This document shows, one piece after another, positions 28,552-37,849 of a stretch of DNA of 64,000 bases. The notes below the pieces were generated by a model. That model saw nothing but the letters and a program-made list of their open reading frames with translations. It did not search any database and was not told where the DNA came from. Made by a program: the position numbers and the translations under genes. The DNA is from Candidatus Hydrogenedentota bacterium (GTDB lineage Bacteria; Hydrogenedentota; Hydrogenedentia; Hydrogenedentales; JAEUWI01). The stretch covers positions 28,964-92,963 of the forward strand of contig JACPGE010000056.1 of assembly GCA_016182605.1 (NCBI GenBank), read 5' to 3'. The stretch's first letter is position 1. Every line of letters starts with the position of its first letter.

Positions 28552-29169
28552 ATGAATTCACACGACACAAATTCCTTTTATCGCATGCGATTGCCACATT
28601 GGGAAGTGGGGAGGGGTATCTATTTCGTCACAATGCATGTCTTCGGATCGCTGCCTGTCCAGGTAATGGATGAACTGCGAACGCTGTCTGCCCAGTCGCA
28701 GCATACGGACGAACCCACACAGTGGCATCTTCGCCGGCTGGCGTTCCGCGCCATGGAAAATGCACTCGATCACGATCGCGCGATCGACTATCTCATTCGT
28801 CCGGCTATTGCGGAGTTATGCATGGAGGCAATTCGAAGCCGGGAACAACGTGATATCTGGCACGTAGAGGAATATGTGCTCATGCCGAACCACCTCCACC
28901 TGTTGATTCAACTCAAGTCTGGCAGTCTGAAACCCGTAATGGAATCGTTCAAGCGTTGGACGTCACGGCGTGCTCTGCCTCTGATCGAATTGCACCGCTC
29001 ATTTTGGCAACAGGAATGGTTCGATCATTGGTCCCGAAGTCCCGAGCAGGACGAACGGATACGAGCCTATATTCGCAACAATCCTGTGAAAGCCCGCCTC
29101 GTGAAAGATTATCGGGACTGGCCATACGGATCATGGAACGATCCGGGATTGAACAAGAATTCGCCTTAG
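28552..29169 (+). CDS. REP-associated tyrosine transposase (RAYT; IS200/IS605 Y1 HUH family)
   Basis: RLPHWEVGRGIYFVTMHV N-terminus. HuH motif LMPNHLHLL. C-terminal catalytic-Tyr region (YIRNNPVKARL). Flanked by REP hairpins on both sides. Confidence 0.8.
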   Translation: MNSHDTNSFYRMRLPHWEVGRGIYFVTMHVFGSLPVQVMDELRTLSAQSQHTDEPTQWHLRRLAFRAMENALDHDRAIDYLIRPAIAELCMEAIRSREQRDIWHVEEYVLMPNHLHLLIQLKSGSLKPVMESFKRWTSRRALPLIELHRSFWQQEWFDHWSRSPEQDERIRAYIRNNPVKARLVKDYRDWPYGSWNDPGLNKNSP

Positions 29170-29251
29170 CGGCATACACGAAATAGGAAGAGGCGATGCC
29201 GGGTGCCAAGTTGCTTGAACCCAGATTGAGTTTTGTGAGTAAAAGCGGAAA

Positions 29252-29661
29252 TCACGTCGCTCGGCGAGCGGCGTGCTACTTCTAGATTGCACGGAACGTG
29301 GCGAAGAAGAAAAGTAGGCCTTCGCTCGCCGAGCGTAGGCATTCCACGTTCCGGCAAGTCCCGTGGCGTGCTGGCACCACTCCGAGTCTGATCCGACCCG
29401 CATCCTCCAATCACGTCGCTCGGCGAGCGGCGTGCTACTCTTAGATTGCACGGCGCGTGGCGAAGAGGAAAAAGTAGGCCTTCGCTCGTCGAGCGTAGGC
29501 ATTTCGCGTTCCGGCAAGTCCCGTGGCGTGCTGGCGCCACTCCGAGTCTGATCCGACCCGCATCCTCCAATCACGTCGCTCGGCGAGCGGCGTGGTACTC
29601 TTAGATTGCACGGAACGTGGCGAAGAAGAAAAGTAGGCCTTCGCTCGCCGAGCGTAGGCAT
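29252..29661. repeat. Tandem array (~160 bp x ~2.6) of REP/BIME-like palindromic units
   Basis: Unit starts (tcacgtcgctcggcgagcggcgtg...) at 29252, 29411 and 29571. Each unit holds inverted repeats cgctcggcgagcg / cgctcgccgagcg and cggaacgtgg / ccacgttccg. Track ORFs 29131..29661 and 29166..29570 here are repeat artefacts. Confidence 0.85.
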
Positions 29662-29844
29662 TAAACCCCTCCTCGCATCACCCCGCGCTTAACCAAGCCG
29701 ACCTCAAACCGACGAGCGCCGTCAAGGCGCTCGAATTTTCCCTCCCATCGGGTGTACTGTTTAAACAGGCCGTGGCGCCTCCCCAAGAGAGGAATTTCAT
29801 GCCGCCACGGCGAGGACGCTTCTCACACCATAAAGGGAACTTCC

Positions 29845-30264
29845 ATGACTACCCCAATCCGTTCCACCATTGCCGCGCTCGTGCTGCTGTTGACACTCGG
29901 CCTCAGCGCCTGCAACCAACAAAAGACCGTACCCGCAGAAGAGACCGTCGCGCCCGCGGGCGATTCCACGGAAACCCGGGCCACCCAGTTTGTGGACCTC
30001 CTGGCGGCAAAGAATTTCTCCGCCGCGGTCGCCCAGTTTGACGCCACGATGACGGCGGCCCTCCCGGAAGCCACCCTCGCCACCACTTGGGCCCAGGTGG
30101 AGCAACAGGCCGGTGCCTTCCAGCGCAGCACCGGAACGCGGGCCGCCGCGGAACAGGGCTATGACGTGGTCTACGTCACCTGCCAGTTCGAGCGGGCCTC
30201 CCTGAACGCGAAAGTGGTCTACGACAAGGAAGGGAAGATCGCGGGACTCTTCTTCCAGCCGTAA
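29845..30264 (+). CDS. Lipoprotein (lipobox LGLSAC), function unknown
   Basis: ATG 29845 (MTTPIRSTIAALVLLLTLGLSAC) with AAGGGA SD. 139 aa. Confidence 0.55.
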   Translation: MTTPIRSTIAALVLLLTLGLSACNQQKTVPAEETVAPAGDSTETRATQFVDLLAAKNFSAAVAQFDATMTAALPEATLATTWAQVEQQAGAFQRSTGTRAAAEQGYDVVYVTCQFERASLNAKVVYDKEGKIAGLFFQP

Positions 30265-30297
30265 ATCCAGCGCCGGGGGAGCGCGTTTTGCGCACGC

Positions 30298-31413
30298 TCA
30301 GGGGTGGGTTTGCATCCACAATTCGTAGCCGCCATATCCCATTGCCACAGCGGCGAGGCCAGCGAGGACGGCCAGGGTGATCTTCACCCAGCTCCAAGGC
30401 CGTTCTCCCTGCACCTCGCCCGTGCGTCCGTTCACCACGAATCGGAAAACCTTGCCCTTGAAGCGGTAGGCGCTGATCCAGACCGGCAAGAGCAGATGCT
30501 TGAAGGTGATGCCGCTGTACACGGAATGGGACTCGTGGACGCGCTGTTCATCCCCGCCGATGTCACTGCAAATCGTCGCGTGAATCTCGGGGGCGACCCG
30601 CTCCTTCGCCGCCCCGAAGCCGCCTTCAAGATCGATCTGATAGGACTCCGCCTTGAAGCCGCTCAGGTAATGATCCTGGTAGGGCTGCAAATCGTCGAGG
30701 TCCCACGGTTCCAGTGCCTCTGTCTTTTCGCGCGGCAACGAGGCGCTTGCCAGGATCAGGATATCGTCGAAAGTGTTGCGCACCGTGCCGCTGGCAGGAT
30801 ACCACCGCGTGTGCCGGACCTGCCGCGATTTCTGCACCGATTTCCCATTCACCTGCTCGGTGTAGTGTTCCGTTACCCAGTAGTGCTCGCCGCGCTGGCC
30901 CGTGTACTGGGTGGTCGCGTGGCAGTCGTAGGTCCAGTAGGGAATGTAGATCCCCTGCAACTGCCCGTCCCGTTGCGCGCGCGCCGTCAGGGCGCTCGGC
31001 GCGAACCACAGGCTGGCCAGCCAATTCGAAAACGACCGCCCGGCGGCCGCGCGTTCCACCTTGAAGGGCAGCAGGGCCTTCGGCTTGATCACGCGCGTGC
31101 TCACACCGGCCTGCACGTGGGGCGTGCCGCAGAAGGGGCACGTGTCCGCCTTCACATGGGGATCCAGCGTCGACGCCGCGCCGCAACCGCCGCAGCGCAC
31201 CGTGATGCGCTCCACCGTGTCTTCCGCTGCGCCCGCCGCAGCCAAGGCCGCATGGAAGTCCAGTTCCTGGACAGGCGCATCCAGCACCGGCACGGGATTG
31301 CTGTGTCCGCAATAGGCACAGTCCAACTGCGCCGTGCCTGGCGTATAGGTCAGCGAGGCGCCACACTGCGCGCACTCGAACTGTTTGTCCGTTGATACCG
31401 TTTCTTCCGGCAT
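30298..31413 (-). CDS. Double zinc-ribbon protein with C-terminal TM helix (YdjG/YdjH-like partner of SPFH protein)
   Basis: Start trimmed to ATG (MPEETVSTDKQFECAQCGASL...CAYCG ; RCGGCGAAS...CPFCG). C-terminal WVKITLAVLAGLAAVAMGYG TM. The Arg-rich N-terminal 107 aa of the track ORF are spurious. Confidence 0.55.
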   Translation of the reverse strand: MPEETVSTDKQFECAQCGASLTYTPGTAQLDCAYCGHSNPVPVLDAPVQELDFHAALAAAGAAEDTVERITVRCGGCGAASTLDPHVKADTCPFCGTPHVQAGVSTRVIKPKALLPFKVERAAAGRSFSNWLASLWFAPSALTARAQRDGQLQGIYIPYWTYDCHATTQYTGQRGEHYWVTEHYTEQVNGKSVQKSRQVRHTRWYPASGTVRNTFDDILILASASLPREKTEALEPWDLDDLQPYQDHYLSGFKAESYQIDLEGGFGAAKERVAPEIHATICSDIGGDEQRVHESHSVYSGITFKHLLLPVWISAYRFKGKVFRFVVNGRTGEVQGERPWSWVKITLAVLAGLAAVAMGYGGYELWMQTHP

Positions 31414-31450
31414 GGCCTTCCCCTGAGCGTGGCAGCGCGCCCCGCTGTGG

Positions 31451-32551
31451 CTACGACGGCGGCAAGGGTGGCGGCACCGCTCCAAAGAGCGGGGCAAGCG
31501 CGGGCGCATGCGCGGCCGCCGTCCAATCCGCCATGCCCTGGGTCCACACCAGCGTCTCCGGTTTGAGCGTGCCCTGCTGCACTTGCTGTTGGAGCGCCTC
31601 CAGCGTGTGTGGCCCGGTCTGTTGTCCGCCCATCGCCGCGAAGTAGGCCGGCGCCGCATTGGGGAGTGGGGGAGGGCCGCCCGGCGCCGCCTGGCCCTGG
31701 CCGAAGTTCTGGACCATCTGGTTCGCCATGGCAAAGCCCATGCCCAGGCCGATGCCGCCCGCCGCTTCGCCGCCGGGATTCTTCGCCGCTGCTTCCATGG
31801 CGTTCGCCGCCTGGAACTGGGCGTACTGTTGCAGGTTGCCCACCACGCCCATGCTGGTGCGCTTGTCCAGCGCCTCCTCCACCGCGGGCGGCAGCGACAC
31901 GTTTTCCACCAGCAGGTTGCTCACGTCCAGGCCATAGGCCACAAAATCGGGATGAAGCCGTTCCGTCGCAAAGCGGCCAAACTCGTCGTAGTTCGCCGCC
32001 ATGTCCAGCGCCGGGATCTTGCTCTCCGCCACCATGTCGGAGAAGCGCGACACAATAAGGTTGCGCAGTTGCTCGCTCACCTCGTCCGCAGTGAACTGGC
32101 CATCGGTGCCCACAATCTCTTTGATGAAGACGGCCGGATCCGCGACACGCACGCAGTAGGTGCCGAACATGCGCAGCCGCAGGGGGCCGAACTCCGCATC
32201 GCGCATCATGATCGGGTTCTGCGTGCCCCACTTCAGGTTGGTGAAGCGCCGCGTGCTTACGAAATAGACCTCCGCCTTGAAGGGGCTCTCAAAGCCGTAC
32301 TTCCACCCCTGTAGGGTGCTCAGGATCGGCAGGTTCTGTGTGTTCAGCGTGTGCGTGCCCGGCGCAAAAACATCCGCGAGCTGGCCCTCGTTGATGAAGA
32401 CCGCCGCCTGCGACTCCCGCACCACCAGTTGCGCGTTCTGCTTGATCTCGTTCCCGTGCCGCTCAAAGCGGTAGACCATGGTGTCGTTGGAGGGATCGAG
32501 CCACTCCACAATATCGATGAACTCGCCCCGGATTTTGTCCCACAAGCCCAT
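31451..32551 (-). CDS. SPFH/band-7 domain protein (COG4260-like) with C-terminal GYF-like (DUF4339) domain
   Basis: MGLWDKIRGEFIDIVEW N-terminus typical of the YdjI/COG4260 family. C-terminal LVWTQGMADWTAAAHAPAL. GGGAGAA SD. Confidence 0.7.
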   Translation of the reverse strand: MGLWDKIRGEFIDIVEWLDPSNDTMVYRFERHGNEIKQNAQLVVRESQAAVFINEGQLADVFAPGTHTLNTQNLPILSTLQGWKYGFESPFKAEVYFVSTRRFTNLKWGTQNPIMMRDAEFGPLRLRMFGTYCVRVADPAVFIKEIVGTDGQFTADEVSEQLRNLIVSRFSDMVAESKIPALDMAANYDEFGRFATERLHPDFVAYGLDVSNLLVENVSLPPAVEEALDKRTSMGVVGNLQQYAQFQAANAMEAAAKNPGGEAAGGIGLGMGFAMANQMVQNFGQGQAAPGGPPPLPNAAPAYFAAMGGQQTGPHTLEALQQQVQQGTLKPETLVWTQGMADWTAAAHAPALAPLFGAVPPPLPPS

Positions 32552-32923
32552 GGCCCATTCTCCCGCATGGTAGTCGACGGCGTTGGTCGGCGCAGCGTCG
32601 AGACGCGTGTTGAAGCGCTCAGTCTAGCGCAAGCACCAGACACAATACACGCCGGACGGAAAAATATTCGAGGCGGATGGGCCGGGAAGCCAGGGGATTC
32701 AGGCGTTGTGTATCTGGGTCAATGGATGACAGCATTTGAGGATCCAAAAGCGGTGCAGGCAGAAGTCCCCGTGCCACGTGATTCCGCCACGCGGATTCAT
32801 GTGCCCGTCGCAGCATGATCGCGGGCTTCAGTACCGGCTGCTTGTGCGCGGTCTTGCCTGGCCGGGGTCCTTGCCGCTTGCTCAAAGTTGGAGACGGTCC
32901 GTTTTCGTTTTCCTGGCAACAGG

Positions 32924-32950
32924 CACACGAATGCGTTGGACGCAATCGCG
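32924..32950. repeat. Imperfect 12-5-12 palindrome cacacgaatgcg-ttgga-cgcaatcgcg; second copy (inverted) of the motif at 13349..13377
   Basis: Shares the 27-nt core cgattgcgtccaacgcattcgtgtgcc (reverse complement) with 13351..13377. Intergenic, downstream of the dtxR-like gene. Confidence 0.6.
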
Positions 32951-33127
32951 ATACACCCGGATAACCGTACCGGAAGCCACCCAGCGGTACAGCCCCCATT
33001 CGCATGCGAAGCGTACGTAGCGACGGCCCAAGAGGGCTGTCCCCGCCGGCGCCACAGACCCCGGCCCCGCAGCACCATCCTGCACCGGCGAGGGGCTGTC
33101 CCCGTCATGGGACGATTCCCAGCCACG

Positions 33128-33808
33128 CTACCCCGCCACCAGCTCCACAAAGATCTGGCTGGCGACCGTCTGCCCCAGGGCGTACTGCTCCTGGCCGTTG
33201 GCGGGATGAAGCCGCACGTGGATCGGGCCGTCGAAGGGGCCCTTGTCCACCACGTGGATCTGGCTGCCGGGCACAATCCCCAGGCCCGCCACATAGCGCA
33301 ACAACTCGGGGTCCGCATCGCGCACACGCCGCACCACCCCGGACTGGCCCGCCTCGAGCTTGAGCAGGCACATCAGGTCAGAGACCGGAAAACTCCCGTC
33401 CTTCTGGGGGATGGGATCGCCGTGGGGATCGAACTGCGGATTGCCGAGCACATGCGCCATGCGGTCGGCCAAGTGGGGGGAGACCACATGCTCCAGCCGC
33501 TCCGCTTCCCGGTCCACCTCGTCCCACGACATGCCCAGCGCCTGCTGGAGGAACAGCTCAATGAGCCGGTGATGCCGGATTACCTCCACGGCAATCTTCT
33601 CGCCGTGCGGCGTCAACTCCACCCCGTGGTGCTTCTTGTACCGCACGAGGTGGGGCTTCATCAGGTCCAGCTTCTTCAGCATCTGCGTCACCGAGGCCGG
33701 GGCGACCTGAAGCCGCGCCGCGAGCGCCGATGTGGAAACCGGCGACTCTTTCTCCTGAAGGGTGTAGATGGCTTTGAGGTAGTCTTCAATGGATTCAGAG
33801 AGTATCAA
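33128..33808 (-). CDS. DtxR/MntR-family metal-dependent transcriptional repressor with C-terminal FeoA-like domain
   Basis: MILSESIEDYLKAIYTL N-terminus, HTH, metal-site His/Glu residues. C-terminal SH3-like segment (GQSGVVRRV). TTG start. Confidence 0.85.
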   Translation of the reverse strand: MILSESIEDYLKAIYTLQEKESPVSTSALAARLQVAPASVTQMLKKLDLMKPHLVRYKKHHGVELTPHGEKIAVEVIRHHRLIELFLQQALGMSWDEVDREAERLEHVVSPHLADRMAHVLGNPQFDPHGDPIPQKDGSFPVSDLMCLLKLEAGQSGVVRRVRDADPELLRYVAGLGIVPGSQIHVVDKGPFDGPIHVRLHPANGQEQYALGQTVASQIFVELVAG

Positions 33809-33831
33809 GAGAGACCGCTTTCACGTGATTT

Positions 33832-33858
33832 TTAGGTTCTCCCTAATAGGTACCCTAA
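33832..33858. promoter_or_regulatory. Candidate DtxR-family operator (TTAGG-N5-CCTAA palindrome followed by TAGGTACCCTAA), 25-50 nt upstream of the repressor gene
   Basis: tttaggttctccctaataggtaccctaatt. Half-sites resemble the TWAGGTTAGSCTAACCTWA iron box. Confidence 0.35.
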
Positions 33859-34291
33859 TTCCAAGTTTAATTCAAGTGAAATCGGAGCCCCGATCCGGCG
33901 CCTTTACCCGGCGACCATGGGGTGCATCGGCGGTCGCGCTGCGTTGCGTGGCGGCTTCACCCGTTATGGGCGCTTGTTGCGCCACGGGATCCGTTTTGGC
34001 GAGACGAGGGGGGCGAGTCTGGAATCTATGGAAAAAGATGCCCCGCGCCGGAAGCATCGCAGGCCGCGCCGAGGGGGGCGATCTTGAGAAAGTGCGTTGG
34101 CAATGCTATAACACGGAATCCCTGTCTGCGCATTGGACGGGCTCCGCGGGTGCGGTGCCCGGAAGGCGCGCTTATGGGCTGGCATAAACATCCTCGATCC
34201 CTGCGGGCTGGCTGGGGAAAGCTGCGGATTCGCAGTATTCGGTGCAGTCCGCCACTGCGGGGTCGAATCACGTGAAACGAAGGAGTTGGGA

Positions 34292-35536
34292 ATGAATACG
34301 ATATCTGGGGATAAGGTAGCAGCGGCGGCCAAGGCGGCCATGGAAGCCAATGAGGGGCTCTTGCGGCTCGCGCCCACGTGGGTGCCGCGTTCCTTCCTGC
34401 AGCCGGGCCGGCGTTTGAAGCTGCATCCCGACCATTACTACGCGCTCGGCAAACACCGTGGCGGCATCGACGAACGCTGGTTCGGCTCCACGACGGCGGC
34501 GGACAACGAAGGCGCGCCGCCCGACGAAGGCCTGAGCTACGTGGTGCAGGATGGCCAGCGCTTCACGTTGCGCGAGGCCATCGAACACCTCCAGGCCGAC
34601 ATCATCGGCGCCGGGATCTGGAACACCTACAAGAAGTGGCCGGTCTACAGCAAGTTCTTCGACAACATGGGGCCCATTCCCCACCACATGCACCAGAACC
34701 AGGCGCAGGCGAAGGCCGTGGGCCGCGAAGGCAAGCCGGAAGCCTACTACTTCCCGCCGCAGATGAACGCCATCGGCAACAACTTCCCCTATACCTTCAT
34801 GGGGCTCGAGCCGGGCACCTCGAAGGAGCAGATCCGCAAGTGCCTCGAACTGTGGAACTCCGGCGACAACGGCATCCTCGATCTGAGCAAGGCCTACCGC
34901 CTGAAGCCGGGAACGGGCTGGCTCATCCCCCCGTGCGTGCTCCACGCGCCGGGCTCCCTCGTCACCTATGAACCCCAATGGGGCAGTGACGTCTTCGCGA
35001 TGTACCAGTCGCTCGTGGAAGGCCGCGATGTGCCGTGGGAACTTCTGGTGAAGGACGTGCCGGACGCGAAGAAGCAGGACATCGATTTCATCGTGGATCT
35101 CCTGGACTGGGAAAAGAACGTGGACGAGAACTTCAAGGACCACAACTACCTGGAGCCCATGTTGGACGGCAACTCGTCGAGCGAAGGCTATGAAGACAAG
35201 TGGGTGGTCTATGGTGAGGTGGACGGCCAGCAGTTGTTCAGCGCGAAGGAACTGACTGTGCAACCGGGCGCGAAGGTGACCCTGAAAGACAAGGGCGCCT
35301 CCAGCATGATCACCGTGCAGGGCCGGGGCCGTATTGGAAAGCTCACGCTGGAATCGCCCACGATGATCCGCTTCGGCGAAATGACGGAAGACGAGGTCTA
35401 CATCTCGGCAAAGGCCGCGGCGAACGGTGTGGAAATCGAAAACCTCGCGTCGGAATGTCCGCTGGTTATTCTGCGCTACTTCGGCCCGGGCGTGAATCCC
35501 CAAGCGCCGCATGTGGGCGATCGCAAAAAAGGTTGA
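34292..35536 (+). CDS. Cupin-type sugar isomerase-like protein, possibly class I mannose-6-phosphate isomerase family
   Basis: ATG 34292 with AGGAG SD. ERWFGSTT, IPHHMHQNQAQAK...GKPE and VLHAPG resemble PMI-I zinc-ligand regions (ELWMG, QxH, HKPE, H). Heads a sugar-catabolic operon. Weak call. Confidence 0.4.
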   Translation: MNTISGDKVAAAAKAAMEANEGLLRLAPTWVPRSFLQPGRRLKLHPDHYYALGKHRGGIDERWFGSTTAADNEGAPPDEGLSYVVQDGQRFTLREAIEHLQADIIGAGIWNTYKKWPVYSKFFDNMGPIPHHMHQNQAQAKAVGREGKPEAYYFPPQMNAIGNNFPYTFMGLEPGTSKEQIRKCLELWNSGDNGILDLSKAYRLKPGTGWLIPPCVLHAPGSLVTYEPQWGSDVFAMYQSLVEGRDVPWELLVKDVPDAKKQDIDFIVDLLDWEKNVDENFKDHNYLEPMLDGNSSSEGYEDKWVVYGEVDGQQLFSAKELTVQPGAKVTLKDKGASSMITVQGRGRIGKLTLESPTMIRFGEMTEDEVYISAKAAANGVEIENLASECPLVILRYFGPGVNPQAPHVGDRKKG

Positions 35537-35639
35537 TGCATCCGGGCGGGACTTCGGTCCCGCCCTTTTCTTAACGACACGTATAGCGGGTGCCGGGCGC
35601 CATTGGGGTAGCGGGCACGCGGGAGAGAAAGGGACTGAC

Positions 35640-36539
35640 ATGAAGAAGATTTCCATTGGAAGCTGGGCCTACTCGATTGGACCCTACCAGGACTGCCCGA
35701 TTCCCTGGAGCGATGTGCTCCGCGAACTGAAGGGGCTCGGTTTTGACGGCGTGGAAGTGGGGGGCTTCTCGATTCACCCGAGTCCGGAGAACCACCCGAC
35801 GAAGGAAGATCGCGCACGCGTGAAGGAAGAGGCCGCGGCTATTGGGCTGGGTTTCTCGGCCTTCGTACCCAATCTGTGGGCGGAAAAGCTTATCAACACG
35901 GAGGACACCTCGGTCTACGTGGCGAAATTCAAGGAAGGCCTTCAATTCGCCGTGGACATTGGTACGAAGGGGGTGCGCGTCGATGCCGTGCAGCCCCCGA
36001 CCATATTTGATGAGGTGGACTATGACACGGCGAAGAACCGTATCGTGAAGACCTGGAAGGAATGCGCCAAGCTCGCGGCGGACCAGGGCTGCTACGTGAC
36101 GTGGGAATTCGAACCGGGCTTCGCCTTCAACAAGCCGTCGGACATCGAGCGGATTGTGGATGAAGTGAACGAGGACAACTTCGGCGTCATGTTTGACACC
36201 TGCCACGCGGAGATGGTGGCCGGCGTGGGCGCGCGTCAGCCGGGCGAAAAGGAAGTGCTGCCGGGCGGCTGCCTCGAATTCGCAAAGCGGATGAAGGGCA
36301 AGATCAACCACATCCACCTCATCGATTCGGACGGCACCCTGCACCACGATGAAACCAGCAGCCACCCGCCCTTCGGCGACGGCTACCTGGACTTCGACGC
36401 CATTGTGCCCGTGCTGCTCGATGCGGGCGTTGCGCACGACTGGTGGACCATCGATCTGTGCTTCTGGCCCGACGCGTGGAAGGTCACGGAACGCTGCAAG
36501 AAGTCCATCGATGAACTGAACAAGAAGTTCTGCAGCTAA
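35640..36539 (+). CDS. Sugar phosphate isomerase/epimerase (xylose isomerase-like TIM barrel)
   Basis: ATG 35640 (MKKISIGSWAY). Conserved E/H/D metal ligands (WEFEPG, DTCH, HIHLID). Track ORF starts upstream at 35511. Confidence 0.8.
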   Translation: MKKISIGSWAYSIGPYQDCPIPWSDVLRELKGLGFDGVEVGGFSIHPSPENHPTKEDRARVKEEAAAIGLGFSAFVPNLWAEKLINTEDTSVYVAKFKEGLQFAVDIGTKGVRVDAVQPPTIFDEVDYDTAKNRIVKTWKECAKLAADQGCYVTWEFEPGFAFNKPSDIERIVDEVNEDNFGVMFDTCHAEMVAGVGARQPGEKEVLPGGCLEFAKRMKGKINHIHLIDSDGTLHHDETSSHPPFGDGYLDFDAIVPVLLDAGVAHDWWTIDLCFWPDAWKVTERCKKSIDELNKKFCS

Positions 36540-36566
36540 GCGCACAACGGAAAGAGGAGGCTATCC

Positions 36567-37712
36567 ATGCCCTCGAAGAAACTGAATATCGGCATGATTG
36601 GCTACGGCTTCATGGGCCGGGCGCATTCGAATGCCTTCCGAAAAGTAAACAACTTCTTTGACCTCGAATACCAACCGGTGATGAAGGCGGCCTGCGCCCG
36701 CAACCCGGAAAAGCTCCAGGCCTTTGCGGACAATTGGGGCTGGGAGAGTATCGAGACCGACTGGCGCAAGCTCGTGGACCGCGATGACATCGATTGCGTC
36801 GACATCGGCAGCCCGAACGACACGCACTATGACATTGTCATGGCCTGCGCCGAACGCGGCAAAATGGTGCTCTGCGAAAAGCCCCTCGCGATGAACGCGG
36901 AGCAGGGCGAGAAGATGGTCGTCGCCGTGGAAAAGGCGGGCGTGGCCAACATGGTGTGGTACAACTACCGCCGTGTGCCCGCCATCTCCCTCGCGAAACA
37001 GTTGATCGACGAAGGCCGCATCGGCCGCGTCTTCCACTACCGCGCGCTGTACTTGCAGGACTGGACCATCAGCCCGGAACTGCCCCAGGGCGGCGCCGGG
37101 TTGTGGCGGCTCGACGCGGCCGTCGCCGGGAGCGGGGTGACGGGCGATCTGCTCGCCCACTCCATCGACACGGCCATGTGGCTCATCGGCGGCATCGACA
37201 AAGTGAGTGCCACGACCGAGACCTTCATCAAGGAGCGTCAGCACCAGCTTTCCGGCACAAAGCAGGAAGTGACGATTGACGACGCATGTGCTTTCCTCGC
37301 GCGCTTCGACAACGGCGCGGTCTCGACCTTCGAGTCCACCCGCTACGCACGCGGCCGCAAGAACTTCAACACCTTTGAAGTCAACGGCGCCGACGGCTCG
37401 CTCTACTTCAACCTCGAAGACCCGCACCGGCTCCAGTTCTTCGACAACAAGCACGAGTCGCATATTCACGGCTGGCAGTCGATACACGTCACGGACTTCG
37501 AACACCCCTACATGGACAAGTACTGGGTGCCCGGAACGACCATCGGGTACGAACACACTTTCGTGAACTGCCTGGCGGACTTCCTCAAGAGCCTCGAAGC
37601 CGGCCAAGCCCCCGTGCGCCCCAACCTGCGCGACGGCCAGGAAACGCAGCTCGTCTGCGACGCGGTCCTCAAATCGGCCAAGACCGGAAGCTGGGAAAGC
37701 TGCAAGGCCTGA
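36567..37712 (+). CDS. Gfo/Idh/MocA-family NAD(P)-dependent oxidoreductase
   Basis: [19 protein letters not shown] Rossmann N-terminus. EKPLA motif. Confidence 0.85.
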   Translation: MPSKKLNIGMIGYGFMGRAHSNAFRKVNNFFDLEYQPVMKAACARNPEKLQAFADNWGWESIETDWRKLVDRDDIDCVDIGSPNDTHYDIVMACAERGKMVLCEKPLAMNAEQGEKMVVAVEKAGVANMVWYNYRRVPAISLAKQLIDEGRIGRVFHYRALYLQDWTISPELPQGGAGLWRLDAAVAGSGVTGDLLAHSIDTAMWLIGGIDKVSATTETFIKERQHQLSGTKQEVTIDDACAFLARFDNGAVSTFESTRYARGRKNFNTFEVNGADGSLYFNLEDPHRLQFFDNKHESHIHGWQSIHVTDFEHPYMDKYWVPGTTIGYEHTFVNCLADFLKSLEAGQAPVRPNLRDGQETQLVCDAVLKSAKTGSWESCKA

Positions 37713-37741
37713 GCGCGGTTGATCGAGATCATGTGTTTGAA

Positions 37742-37772
37742 AGCGGGAACCTTCGGGTTCCCGCTTTCGTTA
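37742..37772 (+). terminator. Perfect hairpin agcgggaacc-UUCG-ggttcccgct + U-rich tail, 30 nt after the Gfo/Idh/MocA gene. Also the left copy of a 24-bp direct repeat bounding the low-GC island
   Basis: 10-bp GC-rich stem with ttcg loop, followed by ttcgtta. Confidence 0.6.
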
Positions 37773-37849
37773 TAGGTCGCCACAAAGAGTACATGCAGCC
37801 CCAAGGGGACGGTACCCGGGAGTGATCACGCTCCACACGTTGAAACTGT

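Noticed and set aside
29131-29661. 176-aa and 134-aa minus-strand ORFs
   Set aside because: Lie entirely within the tandem REP array; repeated peptide segments are artefacts of the DNA repeat.
29252-29661. Possible CRISPR array
   Set aside because: Units are ~160 bp and contiguous, with internal nested palindromes and no unique spacers of regular length. No cas genes nearby. Classified instead as a REP/BIME-like array associated with the adjacent RAYT.
30298-31734. N-terminal 107 aa of the track ORF (Arg-rich MPWRTRWSRTSARARRRR...)
   Set aside because: Low-complexity translation overlapping the SPFH gene's 3' end in another frame. The true start is the downstream ATG with SD; the upstream extension is not coding.
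32797-33327. 176-aa minus-strand ORF in the dtxR-SPFH intergenic region
   Set aside because: Low-complexity Arg/Ala/Trp-rich, overlaps the palindromic repeat, no homology features. Likely non-coding.
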